This document shows, one piece after another, positions 48,221-56,161 of a DNA stretch of 56,426 nt. Origin of the DNA: a virus; IMG/VR virus record IMGVR_UViG_3300025087_000082, positions 1 through 56,426 of that record; one strand, written 5' to 3'. The position numbers were made by a program, and so were the translations under genes. Within the stretch, counting starts at the first letter, position 1. Every line of letters begins with the position of its first letter. The notes below the pieces were generated by a model. The model was not told where the DNA came from and did not search any database. It worked only from the letters and a program-made list of their open reading frames with translations.

Positions 48221-48307
48221 TGGTATAATATTTTGTAATTGAATATCGTCATTCACACGGCGCAAGCCCTCTGAATGATGCAAAGCGACCTCTCACGTAA
48301 GTGACAC

Positions 48308-48347
48308 GCCGCAAAGACTCAACCGAGTCTTTGCGGCGCTTTTTTTG
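48308..48347 (+). terminator. Strong Rho-independent terminator
   Basis: GCCGCAAAGACTC-aacc-GAGTCTTTGCGGC (13-bp stem), then gcTTTTTTT. Confidence 0.85.
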
Positions 48348-48383
48348 TCAACATAATAAGCCTGTTTGTAAACATAAGGAGAT

Positions 48384-48590
48384 TTGAAAATGAAACTTAG
48401 TCTGACTCTGATTGCCCTTGCGGTCGGTTTGGCATACGGGATCATCGTGCAATATTTCCCGGACTTTCCTGTCTCGCAAGAGGTCTTACTTGCCTTCGTG
48501 GTCTACGTCCTGGCGAAGCTGGGCATCGAGATCGTCGAGCCTTTCGTCCGCGCTGGGCTTGTTAAGGCTGGCTTACGCGGCTTCAAATAA
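48384..48590 (+). CDS. Holin-like small two-TM protein
   Basis: Two hydrophobic helices and a basic C-terminus. It is the first gene after the terminator. Confidence 0.4.
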   Translation: MKMKLSLTLIALAVGLAYGIIVQYFPDFPVSQEVLLAFVVYVLAKLGIEIVEPFVRAGLVKAGLRGFK

Positions 48591-48695
48591 TCCCCGTCCC
48601 ATGCTTGCGCCGCTGGCTCGATCTATTCTCCGGGGCGGCGCGGCGGGACAATTACACTTGCGCCGCACGCCAGTGCAGGTGTTACCCTATATGCC

Positions 48696-48941
48696 ATGAC
48701 AGAAACCGAAGGTTATAAACTGATGCGTAGCGGGATCATGAACCGAGTGGGCAGCTTCCACTGGCTTGTATTGTGGGGCGGCCGTCGTGCCGCCCGCGCT
48801 GGAGGCGGGTTGATCGCCGTCGAAGGTTGGAGGAATAACGCGACCTCCTGGCATATATGTAGTGTCAACGTCCCGGCCAACACTCACTCCATGCCTGATA
48901 CAGGTGATGGCCGGGGCTTGACCAAATTGAACTATGGATAA
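48696..48941 (+). CDS. Uncertain ORF (81 aa)
   Basis: Its stop overlaps the next ATG, but it has no clear RBS and its composition is unconvincing. Confidence 0.25.
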   Translation: MTETEGYKLMRSGIMNRVGSFHWLVLWGGRRAARAGGGLIAVEGWRNNATSWHICSVNVPANTHSMPDTGDGRGLTKLNYG

Positions 48942-49185
48942 AAACAAGAAAACAGAATTCGATGGGAGCACGGAATACACTGACATAGTTCGTTTTCCGC
49001 TCAAGCTATTTGTGGACGCAATAGTATTCGAGCCGTCTGCGTCGATAGACGTGGTCAGGTCATCGTACGAATTGCATTTGACTCCGTATGACATGAAAAA
49101 ATTCCATGACTGGCTGGGGGAAAAACTGGAGAAGGAACCGTATACCGACCAGACGGTAACGGTTATCGGGAGGCTTGTGAGTTGA
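48934..49185 (+). CDS. Hypothetical protein
   Basis: 83-aa ORF. Confidence 0.5.
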   Translation: MDKNKKTEFDGSTEYTDIVRFPLKLFVDAIVFEPSASIDVVRSSYELHLTPYDMKKFHDWLGEKLEKEPYTDQTVTVIGRLVS

Positions 49186-49532
49186 CGATGGAACAAAACG
49201 ATCATGACATTCTGGTAACACTCAAAACCCTCATGGATGTGATGATAAAAAACCAGGCCGATTTTTACAAGCGATATGAGGAAAGGCATACCGAATTAGT
49301 GAGCCGCGTCTCTGTGCTGGAAAAAAGTGACAGCCGGGATAGCGAGCGTTTCCGCGGCATCATGGAACAGATACAGCGAAGTTTGGATAACTCCAAACGA
49401 ATAGAGAAGTTGATCGCCGACATGGATAACCTGGGTGGAAACTTTCGGGAGATGCAGAAGAAATCAAATCTGTTCGATATTGTAAATGGTCTCGGTGTTG
49501 CTATTGCCGCGGCGGTGGGGTGGAACCGATGA
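49182..49532 (+). CDS. Coiled-coil protein with C-terminal TM (XhlA-like architecture)
   Basis: Long helical region, then LFDIVNGLGVAIAAAVGW. Confidence 0.4.
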   Translation: MTMEQNDHDILVTLKTLMDVMIKNQADFYKRYEERHTELVSRVSVLEKSDSRDSERFRGIMEQIQRSLDNSKRIEKLIADMDNLGGNFREMQKKSNLFDIVNGLGVAIAAAVGWNR

Positions 49533-49693
49533 GACACTACCGCCACTTGTCCCGCTTTGAAAGATGGATGCAGGATGCACACGATTACATCCGGGCCTTG
49601 TGTGAGGCGCTGGTGATGAACCCGCTATTTTTCTTCGCGCTGTTATTGGATTGTTTGGCGCTCGTGGTGTTGTGGTTCGTGGGGCTGCAATGA
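49529..49693 (+). CDS. Small TM protein (54 aa)
   Basis: ATGA overlaps on both sides. ...NPLFFFALLLDCLALVVLWFVGLQ. Confidence 0.4.
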   Translation: MRHYRHLSRFERWMQDAHDYIRALCEALVMNPLFFFALLLDCLALVVLWFVGLQ

Positions 49694-50775
49694 TTGAATT
49701 AGTAGAAAAGTTGAATGTGATCGAAGATACCGCATTAGTTCAAATAAGCGAAGGCAGGCAGAGACTAGCCCGCGCCAATGACATACCAACTATGCTCACG
49801 CTTAGGGACATGGCGGCGGCGGCGCAACTGTTCGCCAACGCGCAGGGCTTCAAGGAAGCCGCGCAGGAAGCCAAGATATTCCAGTTGCAAGCCGAGCGGA
49901 AAGCAGGCGGGTGGCTGGAGGAGAATGTCGCTCATAACGGCGGCGATGCTCGCACGCTGTCGCAAGATGCGACTGCGTTACCCGAAGGCATAGACAAATA
50001 CGAATCATCCCGCTGGCAATTGGAGGCGGCGCTGCCGGAAGAACAATTCAATGAGTGGGTGGATAAATGCCTCGCCTACGACAAGGAAATCAGCGCGTCG
50101 GCTTTGCGGGGTATAGCTAAAAATTACGTAAGGCAGGAAGCACGTGCTGAAGTTGCCAGCAGTGCTGAGAATGTCAAGCCGTCCGATAAGTGGCACATTT
50201 ACCATGCGGACATGGCAACATGGAAAGCGCCGCGACAATACGATTTTATTATCACCGACCCGCCGTATCCAAAAGAATATTTGCCGCTTTATGAAACACT
50301 GGCAGAGCGTGCTAAGGAATGGCTGAAACCTGGCGGGCTGTTAATTGCCATGTGCGGTCAATCTTACCTTGATGAGATTTACTGCATGATGAGCAAGCAT
50401 ATCGAATACTACTGGACGGCGGCATATCTTACACCCGGACAGCCTACGCCGATGAGACAGAGGAACGTCAATTCGACATGGAAACCGCTGTTGGTATTCT
50501 CCAACGGCGATTACAAAGGCAAGATTTTTGGTGATGTATTCAAGAGTGACGGGAACGATAAAGACCTTCACAAATGGGGTCAGTCCGAGAGTGGCATGTA
50601 CTCGATTGTCAGTGGCATATGCCTGCCTGGTCAGTCTATCTTGGACCCGTTCTGCGGGGCAGGCACAACCGGAAAAGCCGCGCTAAAACACAAATGCTTT
50701 TTTGATGGTGTTGACTGTGATGAGCAGAATGTCAATATCTCAATTGGAAGGTTGGGAAGTGACAGCGCAGCGTAG
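49690..50775 (+). CDS. DNA methyltransferase (N6-A/N4-C, beta class) with ~170-aa N-terminal domain
   Basis: FIITDPPYPKEY and ILDPFCGAGTTGKAAL. The ATG at 49690 overlaps the upstream stop. Confidence 0.85.
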   Translation: MIELVEKLNVIEDTALVQISEGRQRLARANDIPTMLTLRDMAAAAQLFANAQGFKEAAQEAKIFQLQAERKAGGWLEENVAHNGGDARTLSQDATALPEGIDKYESSRWQLEAALPEEQFNEWVDKCLAYDKEISASALRGIAKNYVRQEARAEVASSAENVKPSDKWHIYHADMATWKAPRQYDFIITDPPYPKEYLPLYETLAERAKEWLKPGGLLIAMCGQSYLDEIYCMMSKHIEYYWTAAYLTPGQPTPMRQRNVNSTWKPLLVFSNGDYKGKIFGDVFKSDGNDKDLHKWGQSESGMYSIVSGICLPGQSILDPFCGAGTTGKAALKHKCFFDGVDCDEQNVNISIGRLGSDSAA

Positions 50776-51190
50776 AGACAACAACTCAACCGAGTTTGGT
50801 TTGTGGCTGAGAAACAAGGCTCCAGATAATGAGACGGTTCTGAGAATAGATGACCCGCTTGATAGTTATTTGGGGTATAGAGTCACAAATATAGATTATG
50901 TGTGGCTCAACGAGGAAACAGGCAATTGGATGATTATCGAGGAGAAACGGAATCGGGGGTATGTCAAACCCTGGCAAAAAAATATATTCAGGAAGATTCA
51001 TAAAGCCTGTAACGGAATGAAAGGTTACAAAGGTTTTCATCTGTTGGTTTTTGAGAAAACAAATCCAGAAGATGGAAAGATTTGGCTTGACCGCAAAGAG
51101 ATCAGCAAAGATGACTTAATTGGCTTCCTGAAATTCGAGAAGCAAGTAAAAGAGATAGCGCAAGTGAAACTGGAGTTAGTGTCAGCATGA
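50759..51190 (+). CDS. Possible PD-(D/E)xK-type nuclease
   Basis: NIDYVW...WMIIEEKRNRG resembles the D...ExK motif. GTG start was inferred. Confidence 0.3.
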   Translation: MTAQRRDNNSTEFGLWLRNKAPDNETVLRIDDPLDSYLGYRVTNIDYVWLNEETGNWMIIEEKRNRGYVKPWQKNIFRKIHKACNGMKGYKGFHLLVFEKTNPEDGKIWLDRKEISKDDLIGFLKFEKQVKEIAQVKLELVSA

Positions 51191-51224
51191 ACTTATTCAA
51201 CCGCCAATACTGGAAGGAATAAAA

Positions 51225-51581
51225 ATGACTTACAACTTCGTCCCAGGTACATATCGTCTAAAAGCATTTCGTCTCAACGTAAGAGGCACACCCGATTCGA
51301 CTCAAGACGGGAATCTCGTAGGGATACAACTCACGCAGGGGAAGGAATTTCCTGTTTATGCCATAGAATTCGACAAGAAAGGTTTCCCCTGGGGCATCAT
51401 CACCCCAAAAGGTGCGCCTCAGGCGCATTATGTATGTCTTTGGAACGGGAACACCGTATTTGCCGATTTAGTTTCACCGTTTGAAGGAACCCCGGACACC
51501 GTTGTCGTATCCCTGGCCTGGGCGCTCTCGATTGACGCATGGGCAAGAGACAATGGATACACAGGAGGGATGCCGCTTTGA
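51225..51581 (+). CDS. SH3-like (bacterial SH3_3) domain protein
   Basis: RLNVRGTPDSTQDGNLVGIQLTQGKEFPVYAI...WGIITPKG...YVCLW. Confidence 0.45.
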   Translation: MTYNFVPGTYRLKAFRLNVRGTPDSTQDGNLVGIQLTQGKEFPVYAIEFDKKGFPWGIITPKGAPQAHYVCLWNGNTVFADLVSPFEGTPDTVVVSLAWALSIDAWARDNGYTGGMPL

Positions 51582-51742
51582 TGTACGTATATTCCAGCGG
51601 TTATGTCCTTGTTTACGAGTGCTGCAAATGCGGCGCAAGACACAAGACGTTGATCTGGCGCAAAGACGGCTGGTACTGCCTGTTGTGTTTGCCGTCCGTG
51701 GAGGCCATGCCGGTAGGGAATGGACGGCAGACAGAACTTTGA
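51581..51742 (+). CDS. Zinc-ribbon protein (53 aa)
   Basis: CCKCG...CLLC. TGATG overlap with the upstream gene. Confidence 0.45.
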   Translation: MYVYSSGYVLVYECCKCGARHKTLIWRKDGWYCLLCLPSVEAMPVGNGRQTEL

Positions 51743-52608
51743 AAATCGAAAAGAATAGCAGGAACGTCCTGACGGTGCGCTTCGATGATGTTGGCGAAAA
51801 TTGGGAACACTGGTTTTTGTTATCTGCTGACCGTCATCACGATAGCCGGGACTGCAACCGGGAACTGGAAATCGAACATCTGGACATGGTGAAGGAGCGC
51901 GGCGGGCACATATTTGACTTTGGCGACATATTCGACGCCATGCAAGGCAAGTACGACCCGCGCAGGAGTTACCCGGAGATGCGTCCAGAGTACATGGATA
52001 TGATGCAGGACGGGCGTGGTTATCTGGATGTAATCACGGAGGACGCATCCGAGTTTTACAAAAAATACGCAGATCGCTTTTTACTCATAGCGAGAGGCAA
52101 CCACGAAGCGGCGATACAAAGCCATAACGACACAGACCTTATCAACCGCCTGGTTGGAAAGCTAAACACAAAAGCCAGGACGCAGATCAATACCGGCGAA
52201 TATGGTGGATGGGTGCGCTTCCTGTTCAAGATCGGAAAGACACAATCCGAGAGTGTCAACCTGAAATACTTCCACGGTTCGGGTGGCGGAGGGCCTGTCA
52301 CGAAGGGCGTTATCCAGTCCAACAGGCAGGCCGTGTATTTGCCGGACGCGCAGATCGTCGTGAATGGGCATATCCATGAAAGCTGGCTCCTGGCTTTGAA
52401 GCGTGAGCGTATCAGTGAAAGAGGCGTTATCAGTCAGGACGTGCAGTATCACGTCAGGACTGCCACGTACAAGGACGATTATCTTGACGGCGCGAACGGC
52501 TGGCATGTGCAGAGGGGATCACCGCCGAAGCCGATGGGCGCAACGTGGCTGAGGTTTTACCATGACCGGAAGCACGTCCGAATTCAGTTATTGCAGGATA
52601 TAAGGTAG
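51739..52608 (+). CDS. Calcineurin-like metallophosphoesterase
   Basis: SADRHHD, FGDIFD and RGNHE motifs, plus a later GH..H. TTG start was inferred. The track ORF begins at 51481. Confidence 0.7.
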   Translation: MKIEKNSRNVLTVRFDDVGENWEHWFLLSADRHHDSRDCNRELEIEHLDMVKERGGHIFDFGDIFDAMQGKYDPRRSYPEMRPEYMDMMQDGRGYLDVITEDASEFYKKYADRFLLIARGNHEAAIQSHNDTDLINRLVGKLNTKARTQINTGEYGGWVRFLFKIGKTQSESVNLKYFHGSGGGGPVTKGVIQSNRQAVYLPDAQIVVNGHIHESWLLALKRERISERGVISQDVQYHVRTATYKDDYLDGANGWHVQRGSPPKPMGATWLRFYHDRKHVRIQLLQDIR

Positions 52609-52622
52609 AGAAAGGCGCATGA

Positions 52623-52811
52623 ATGAACATACGAAAGATCGAACTCAAAACGGATGACCGTGAATACGGGACGATGTATGAGGTACATGTTTACCTGAAA
52701 TTCCAGAAGGAACCTGAAATCCTGTATTTATCAACATGGGCTGATGGATATGCAGTCATTACAGCCATACTTGATTTCCTGAAACTGCTGATTGCGAAGA
52801 AAGACAGATGA
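52623..52811 (+). CDS. Hypothetical protein
   Basis: 62-aa ORF. Confidence 0.45.
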   Translation: MNIRKIELKTDDREYGTMYEVHVYLKFQKEPEILYLSTWADGYAVITAILDFLKLLIAKKDR

Positions 52812-52906
52812 AAGACGAAGATCATAAGGACAATTACTGGCTCTGGTACGTGTTCCTGGCGCTGCTGTTCGTGGCAATTCTGATTAGCGGCCTGCCTGTC
52901 CGGTAG
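52808..52906 (+). CDS. Small single-TM protein (32 aa)
   Basis: MKDEDHKDNYWLWYVFLALLFVAILISGLPVR. Confidence 0.35.
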   Translation: MKDEDHKDNYWLWYVFLALLFVAILISGLPVR

Positions 52907-52917
52907 GCAGGAGTGAT

Positions 52918-53118
52918 GTGGAGATGACACAAGCCAAATCAGGCGGCGCGAAAAAGATCGGGCGCAGCAAGGAAAAATGCGCTCATTACCGGGCTATGCA
53001 CGCGCGCGAGATGAATAAGGTACGGCGCGTGCTGAGGTCCAACGGATGGGACGCGGCGCAAGCGTACGCGGCGAAAAACAACGTGGTTGGATACTTGTCA
53101 AAGCTGGTGGCGGCATGA
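52918..53118 (+). CDS. Hypothetical basic protein
   Basis: 66-aa ORF. Confidence 0.45.
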   Translation: MEMTQAKSGGAKKIGRSKEKCAHYRAMHAREMNKVRRVLRSNGWDAAQAYAAKNNVVGYLSKLVAA

Positions 53119-53123
53119 CGAGA

Positions 53124-53149
53124 AACAAAAAGTGGCGCCGAAGCGCCAC
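53124..53149 (-). terminator. Rho-independent terminator of the leftward HNH operon
   Basis: GTGGCGC-cgaa-GCGCCAC, followed on the minus strand by TTTTTGTTT. Confidence 0.65.
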
Positions 53150-53167
53150 AGAGGAGTAAGAGACGTG

Positions 53168-53578
53168 CTACCACCTATCTTTCTTTTGCGAGTTACAGGA
53201 TTTACATAATGGCTGAATATTTTCAATGCAATGCAGACCACCTTTTGAAAGCGGCTGAATATGATCCATTGTCAAAGGTTTTTGTTTATGACAATTAGCG
53301 CATTTATTCCCGTATCTTTCATAAACGGCAACCCATTCATCGCGGGTGATTTTTCCATCAAGCCCAAGTTTGTGAGCCCTGTTGTTTTCGACAGACGCTA
53401 TTCCCATTCCGGGCAATTTTCGGTAATAAGACCCACCGCCTTGAACAACGCTTATGTCGTTCATAACAGCAGGGAAGGAACTGCTGAACATCTTGGCTAC
53501 TTCCCTTACTTCAAAAGCCTCCCCGTTGTCAAGGAGACTCTTGATATATGCTCTGCGTTCGTTGATGTTATCGCGCAT
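53168..53578 (-). CDS. HNH endonuclease
   Basis: CANCHKQKPLTMDHIQPLSKGGLHCIENIQPLCKSCNSQK. Confidence 0.85.
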   Translation of the reverse strand: MRDNINERRAYIKSLLDNGEAFEVREVAKMFSSSFPAVMNDISVVQGGGSYYRKLPGMGIASVENNRAHKLGLDGKITRDEWVAVYERYGNKCANCHKQKPLTMDHIQPLSKGGLHCIENIQPLCKSCNSQKKDRW

Positions 53579-53884
53579 TTAATTTTTCAGGTATGTTTGC
53601 AAGGCATCCAGGATAAGCTCTCGGAGCGATGTGCCGTCATCAACCGCCTTGTGCTTGGCTGCATCCCAGAGTTCGGCGGGGATGTCTCGCAGGATGTAAT
53701 CGCCAGTCGAGAATTGCTCGCGGAACATGCGCCGCGCAATTCCTGCCACGTTGACCTGCTTACCTTCGGCGCGGATCGTTTCGACTTCGGCCAGGATGTC
53801 GGCAAAGTGCTCCTTACACAGGAGCACCCCGCCAAGACTGCCGTTGATGTTTTTCGTGGTTCCGCACGCTTCGCATTTTTTCAT
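53579..53884 (-). CDS. Zn-ribbon plus ribbon-helix-helix-like protein (101 aa)
   Basis: MKKCEACG...LLCKEH, with C-terminus DDGTSLRELILDALQTYLKN. The upstream part of the 202-aa track ORF is rejected. Confidence 0.5.
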   Translation of the reverse strand: MKKCEACGTTKNINGSLGGVLLCKEHFADILAEVETIRAEGKQVNVAGIARRMFREQFSTGDYILRDIPAELWDAAKHKAVDDGTSLRELILDALQTYLKN

Positions 53885-53894
53885 GGCGTCCGTC

Positions 53895-54137
53895 CTAGTC
53901 CTGATTCCGAGGGTCGTGAGAGTCAAGCGGATCATTCGCATCTTTGCCGTAACCGTAGCCTTCGGTCTGGAGCATTTCGATTGCATGATTGCGAGCGGCT
54001 TCTTCGGCTTTGCTTTCAATCTGCCAGACTTCGACTTTTTTGCCATTGATGATCTTGCTCTTCTGTTTGCGTGCTCCGCATGAGCATACATACAGTGTGA
54101 GTCCGTTGCTGAGGATTTGTGGTGAGTGAGTGTGCAT
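53895..54137 (-). CDS. Hypothetical protein (80 aa)
   Basis: AAAGGAG lies before the ATG at 54137. Confidence 0.55.
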   Translation of the reverse strand: MHTHSPQILSNGLTLYVCSCGARKQKSKIINGKKVEVWQIESKAEEAARNHAIEMLQTEGYGYGKDANDPLDSHDPRNQD

Positions 54138-54175
54138 TTTGCCATCTCCTTTCTTGAGATGATATTAGTATACAT

Positions 54176-54188
54176 CTTGATTATCAAG
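54176..54188. promoter_or_regulatory. Palindrome CTTGAT-t-ATCAAG in a divergent intergenic region
   Basis: AT-rich 100-bp region between the divergent starts at 54137 and 54240. TAGTACT repeats lie nearby. Confidence 0.45.
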
Positions 54189-54239
54189 TAGTATGTAGTA
54201 CTTTAGTACTATGACATTTGTTCTAATTTTGGAGCCTGA

Positions 54240-54455
54240 ATGACCGAGACCGAGAAGATCCAAAACATGCACCAGGACGCACGCAAGGCGGCGGAAAACT
54301 ACCGGGCAAATTTCTGGCCGGTGGCCTACTCCGTACCGCATTATGTTGGAGGGGAATGGGTGAGAGTGACGATCGAGCCGGACAGCCAGCGCATGAGGCC
54401 AATCCAACCGGGGCGGATACTGGAGGGCGAGAAGGACATGGGCGCGTATGAGTGA
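54240..54455 (+). CDS. Hypothetical protein
   Basis: GGAG lies before the ATG. 71 aa. Confidence 0.55.
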   Translation: MTETEKIQNMHQDARKAAENYRANFWPVAYSVPHYVGGEWVRVTIEPDSQRMRPIQPGRILEGEKDMGAYE

Positions 54456-54514
54456 CTGGAGATACATAAGCGCGACTGACATGAGCCGGGCAATATGTAA
54501 CAAGATGAGGCGAA

Positions 54515-54712
54515 ATGCGACGTGGTGAATGGATGCAATGTGATTGTTGCGGAGAGGAAACGATTATCGTGTGGCGCGATCCATGTGATTTCGTCTGCTC
54601 GTCATGCGGAGGCGGTGCTGTGATGTTCAGTTATACGACTAATTTTTTACCGCTTGTTGGCTGTTTTACCCTTCTGGGTATCACTCCATCTATTTGGAAT
54701 TATATCGAATGA
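54515..54712 (+). CDS. Zinc-ribbon protein with C-terminal TM
   Basis: CDCCG...CSSCG, then a hydrophobic tail. Confidence 0.45.
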   Translation: MRRGEWMQCDCCGEETIIVWRDPCDFVCSSCGGGAVMFSYTTNFLPLVGCFTLLGITPSIWNYIE

Positions 54713-54722
54713 TAAGGAAACC

Positions 54723-54917
54723 ATGAAAAAACTACTCCCCTTCCTGCTCGGCTTCGCCCTCTCCGCCTACGTCCTGCCCTGGCTAATGATGCGTAGGCAG
54801 TACGATCCCTGGAAGCCTGCGACTAGCTGCGACATTGAAGACGTGCCGCCCTACAATTTCGTAATGACCAGGACTGATACCGGACACACGGTAACGTGGA
54901 CATGGAATACAGAATAA
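54723..54917 (+). CDS. Small membrane/secreted protein (64 aa)
   Basis: MKKLLPFLLGFALSAYVLPWLMM... Confidence 0.45.
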   Translation: MKKLLPFLLGFALSAYVLPWLMMRRQYDPWKPATSCDIEDVPPYNFVMTRTDTGHTVTWTWNTE

Positions 54918-54921
54918 ACCA

Positions 54922-56139
54922 ATGAAGCCTTTCGAAGATAACCCCAGGACGCTTTCGAAGTCGCAGGCAAAGCGGCTGAAGGAAACCATGCAGGAGTTTG
55001 GCGATCTATCTGGAATCGTCCACGATCTTGAGACTGATGAGGTCATCGGCGGGAACCAGCGTTCCAACGTTGCGGCGCTGATGCAGACAGAGCCGGTCAT
55101 CACCGAACGCTTTGACCCTGCCCTACCGGACGGAACCGCGTTACTCGGACACTTCGAGTACCAGGGCAGGCGCTTCGCATACCGGGCGGTAACGGGCTGG
55201 GACGCGGATAAGCGGACGCGGGCGAATCTGGTAGCAAATGCTGGAGGCGGTGCATGGGATATTGACCTGCTTAGTGGAATTGACACATCTGTTCTAACAT
55301 CGGTCGGCTTCGATACCGAGATGCTCCTGAACACGCGCGGGTTCGCTAGTGCGCTGGATGCGATGCTGAAAAGTGAGACGCCAACAAATGACGCAGAGCC
55401 GGAGATTGATAGAGCCGCCGAACTGCTGGAGAAGTGGAAAGTTCGCACAGGTGATATGTTCGCTATCGGTGGACATAAACTTATTTGCGGCGATTGCACC
55501 GACGCGGCGGTAGTGGCGAGGGTGATGCAGGGAGAGAAGGCGGGCGCGTGTGTAACCGATAGCCCTTACGGGATAAACCGCGAGGGAATAGAGAACGATG
55601 ATCCCGAGGGCTTGCGTAAGTTGTTTGATGGTTGCCTTGCTGTAATGCCGATAGAGAATGGTGTGATTATAAATTTTCAATCGCCGCGATTGTTTTCTGT
55701 GTGGCTGGACGCGGTAAGGGACGCGGGGCATAAGTTTGAGCGGGCTTTGTGGATGTACAAGCAGAATGACGTTACTTTTACTTGGCATGGATGGCTTACA
55801 AAATCAGAAGCAATTATTGTTTCCAGTATTGGAAAGCCGAAATGGAATATCCCCGCTGAATATATGCACGACTGTTATTTAGTGAATTGGGACAAGGAAA
55901 GCATGGTTGAGATTGACGGCTGGCACGCTTCAATAAAACCGCCGCAAGTTGTCATAAGCCTTATAGATAATACAACGGGCGATTTATACGAGCCGTTTTG
56001 TGGAAGTGGAACGGGATTAGTCGCCTGTCAGAACTTAGGGCGCAAGTGTAGAGCCGTGGAAATATCTGCGGCATATTGTAGCGTGGCGTTAGAGCGCATG
56101 TCGCAGGCGTTCCCCCACCTATCCATAGAGAGAATCTAG
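54922..56139 (+). CDS. ParB-like nuclease domain fused to a DNA methyltransferase
   Basis: N-terminus ...QEFGDLSGIVHDLETDEVIGGNQR is ParBc-like. CVTDSPYGINREG and LYEPFCGSGTGLVACQNLG are methyltransferase motifs. Confidence 0.8.
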   Translation: MKPFEDNPRTLSKSQAKRLKETMQEFGDLSGIVHDLETDEVIGGNQRSNVAALMQTEPVITERFDPALPDGTALLGHFEYQGRRFAYRAVTGWDADKRTRANLVANAGGGAWDIDLLSGIDTSVLTSVGFDTEMLLNTRGFASALDAMLKSETPTNDAEPEIDRAAELLEKWKVRTGDMFAIGGHKLICGDCTDAAVVARVMQGEKAGACVTDSPYGINREGIENDDPEGLRKLFDGCLAVMPIENGVIINFQSPRLFSVWLDAVRDAGHKFERALWMYKQNDVTFTWHGWLTKSEAIIVSSIGKPKWNIPAEYMHDCYLVNWDKESMVEIDGWHASIKPPQVVISLIDNTTGDLYEPFCGSGTGLVACQNLGRKCRAVEISAAYCSVALERMSQAFPHLSIERI

Positions 56140-56161
56140 AGTAATTCCGAGAATAACGCGA

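Noticed and set aside
53885-54187. The N-terminal 100 aa of the 202-aa minus-strand ORF 53579..54187.
   Set aside because: That stretch is junk-like and overlaps a better 80-aa ORF with a strong RBS (53895..54137). The real gene most likely starts at the MKKCEACG methionine (53884).
54783-55499. A 238-aa minus-strand ORF.
   Set aside because: It is antisense to the ParB-methyltransferase fusion, which has clear motifs. Its Ser/Pro/Arg-rich composition is typical of a shadow ORF.
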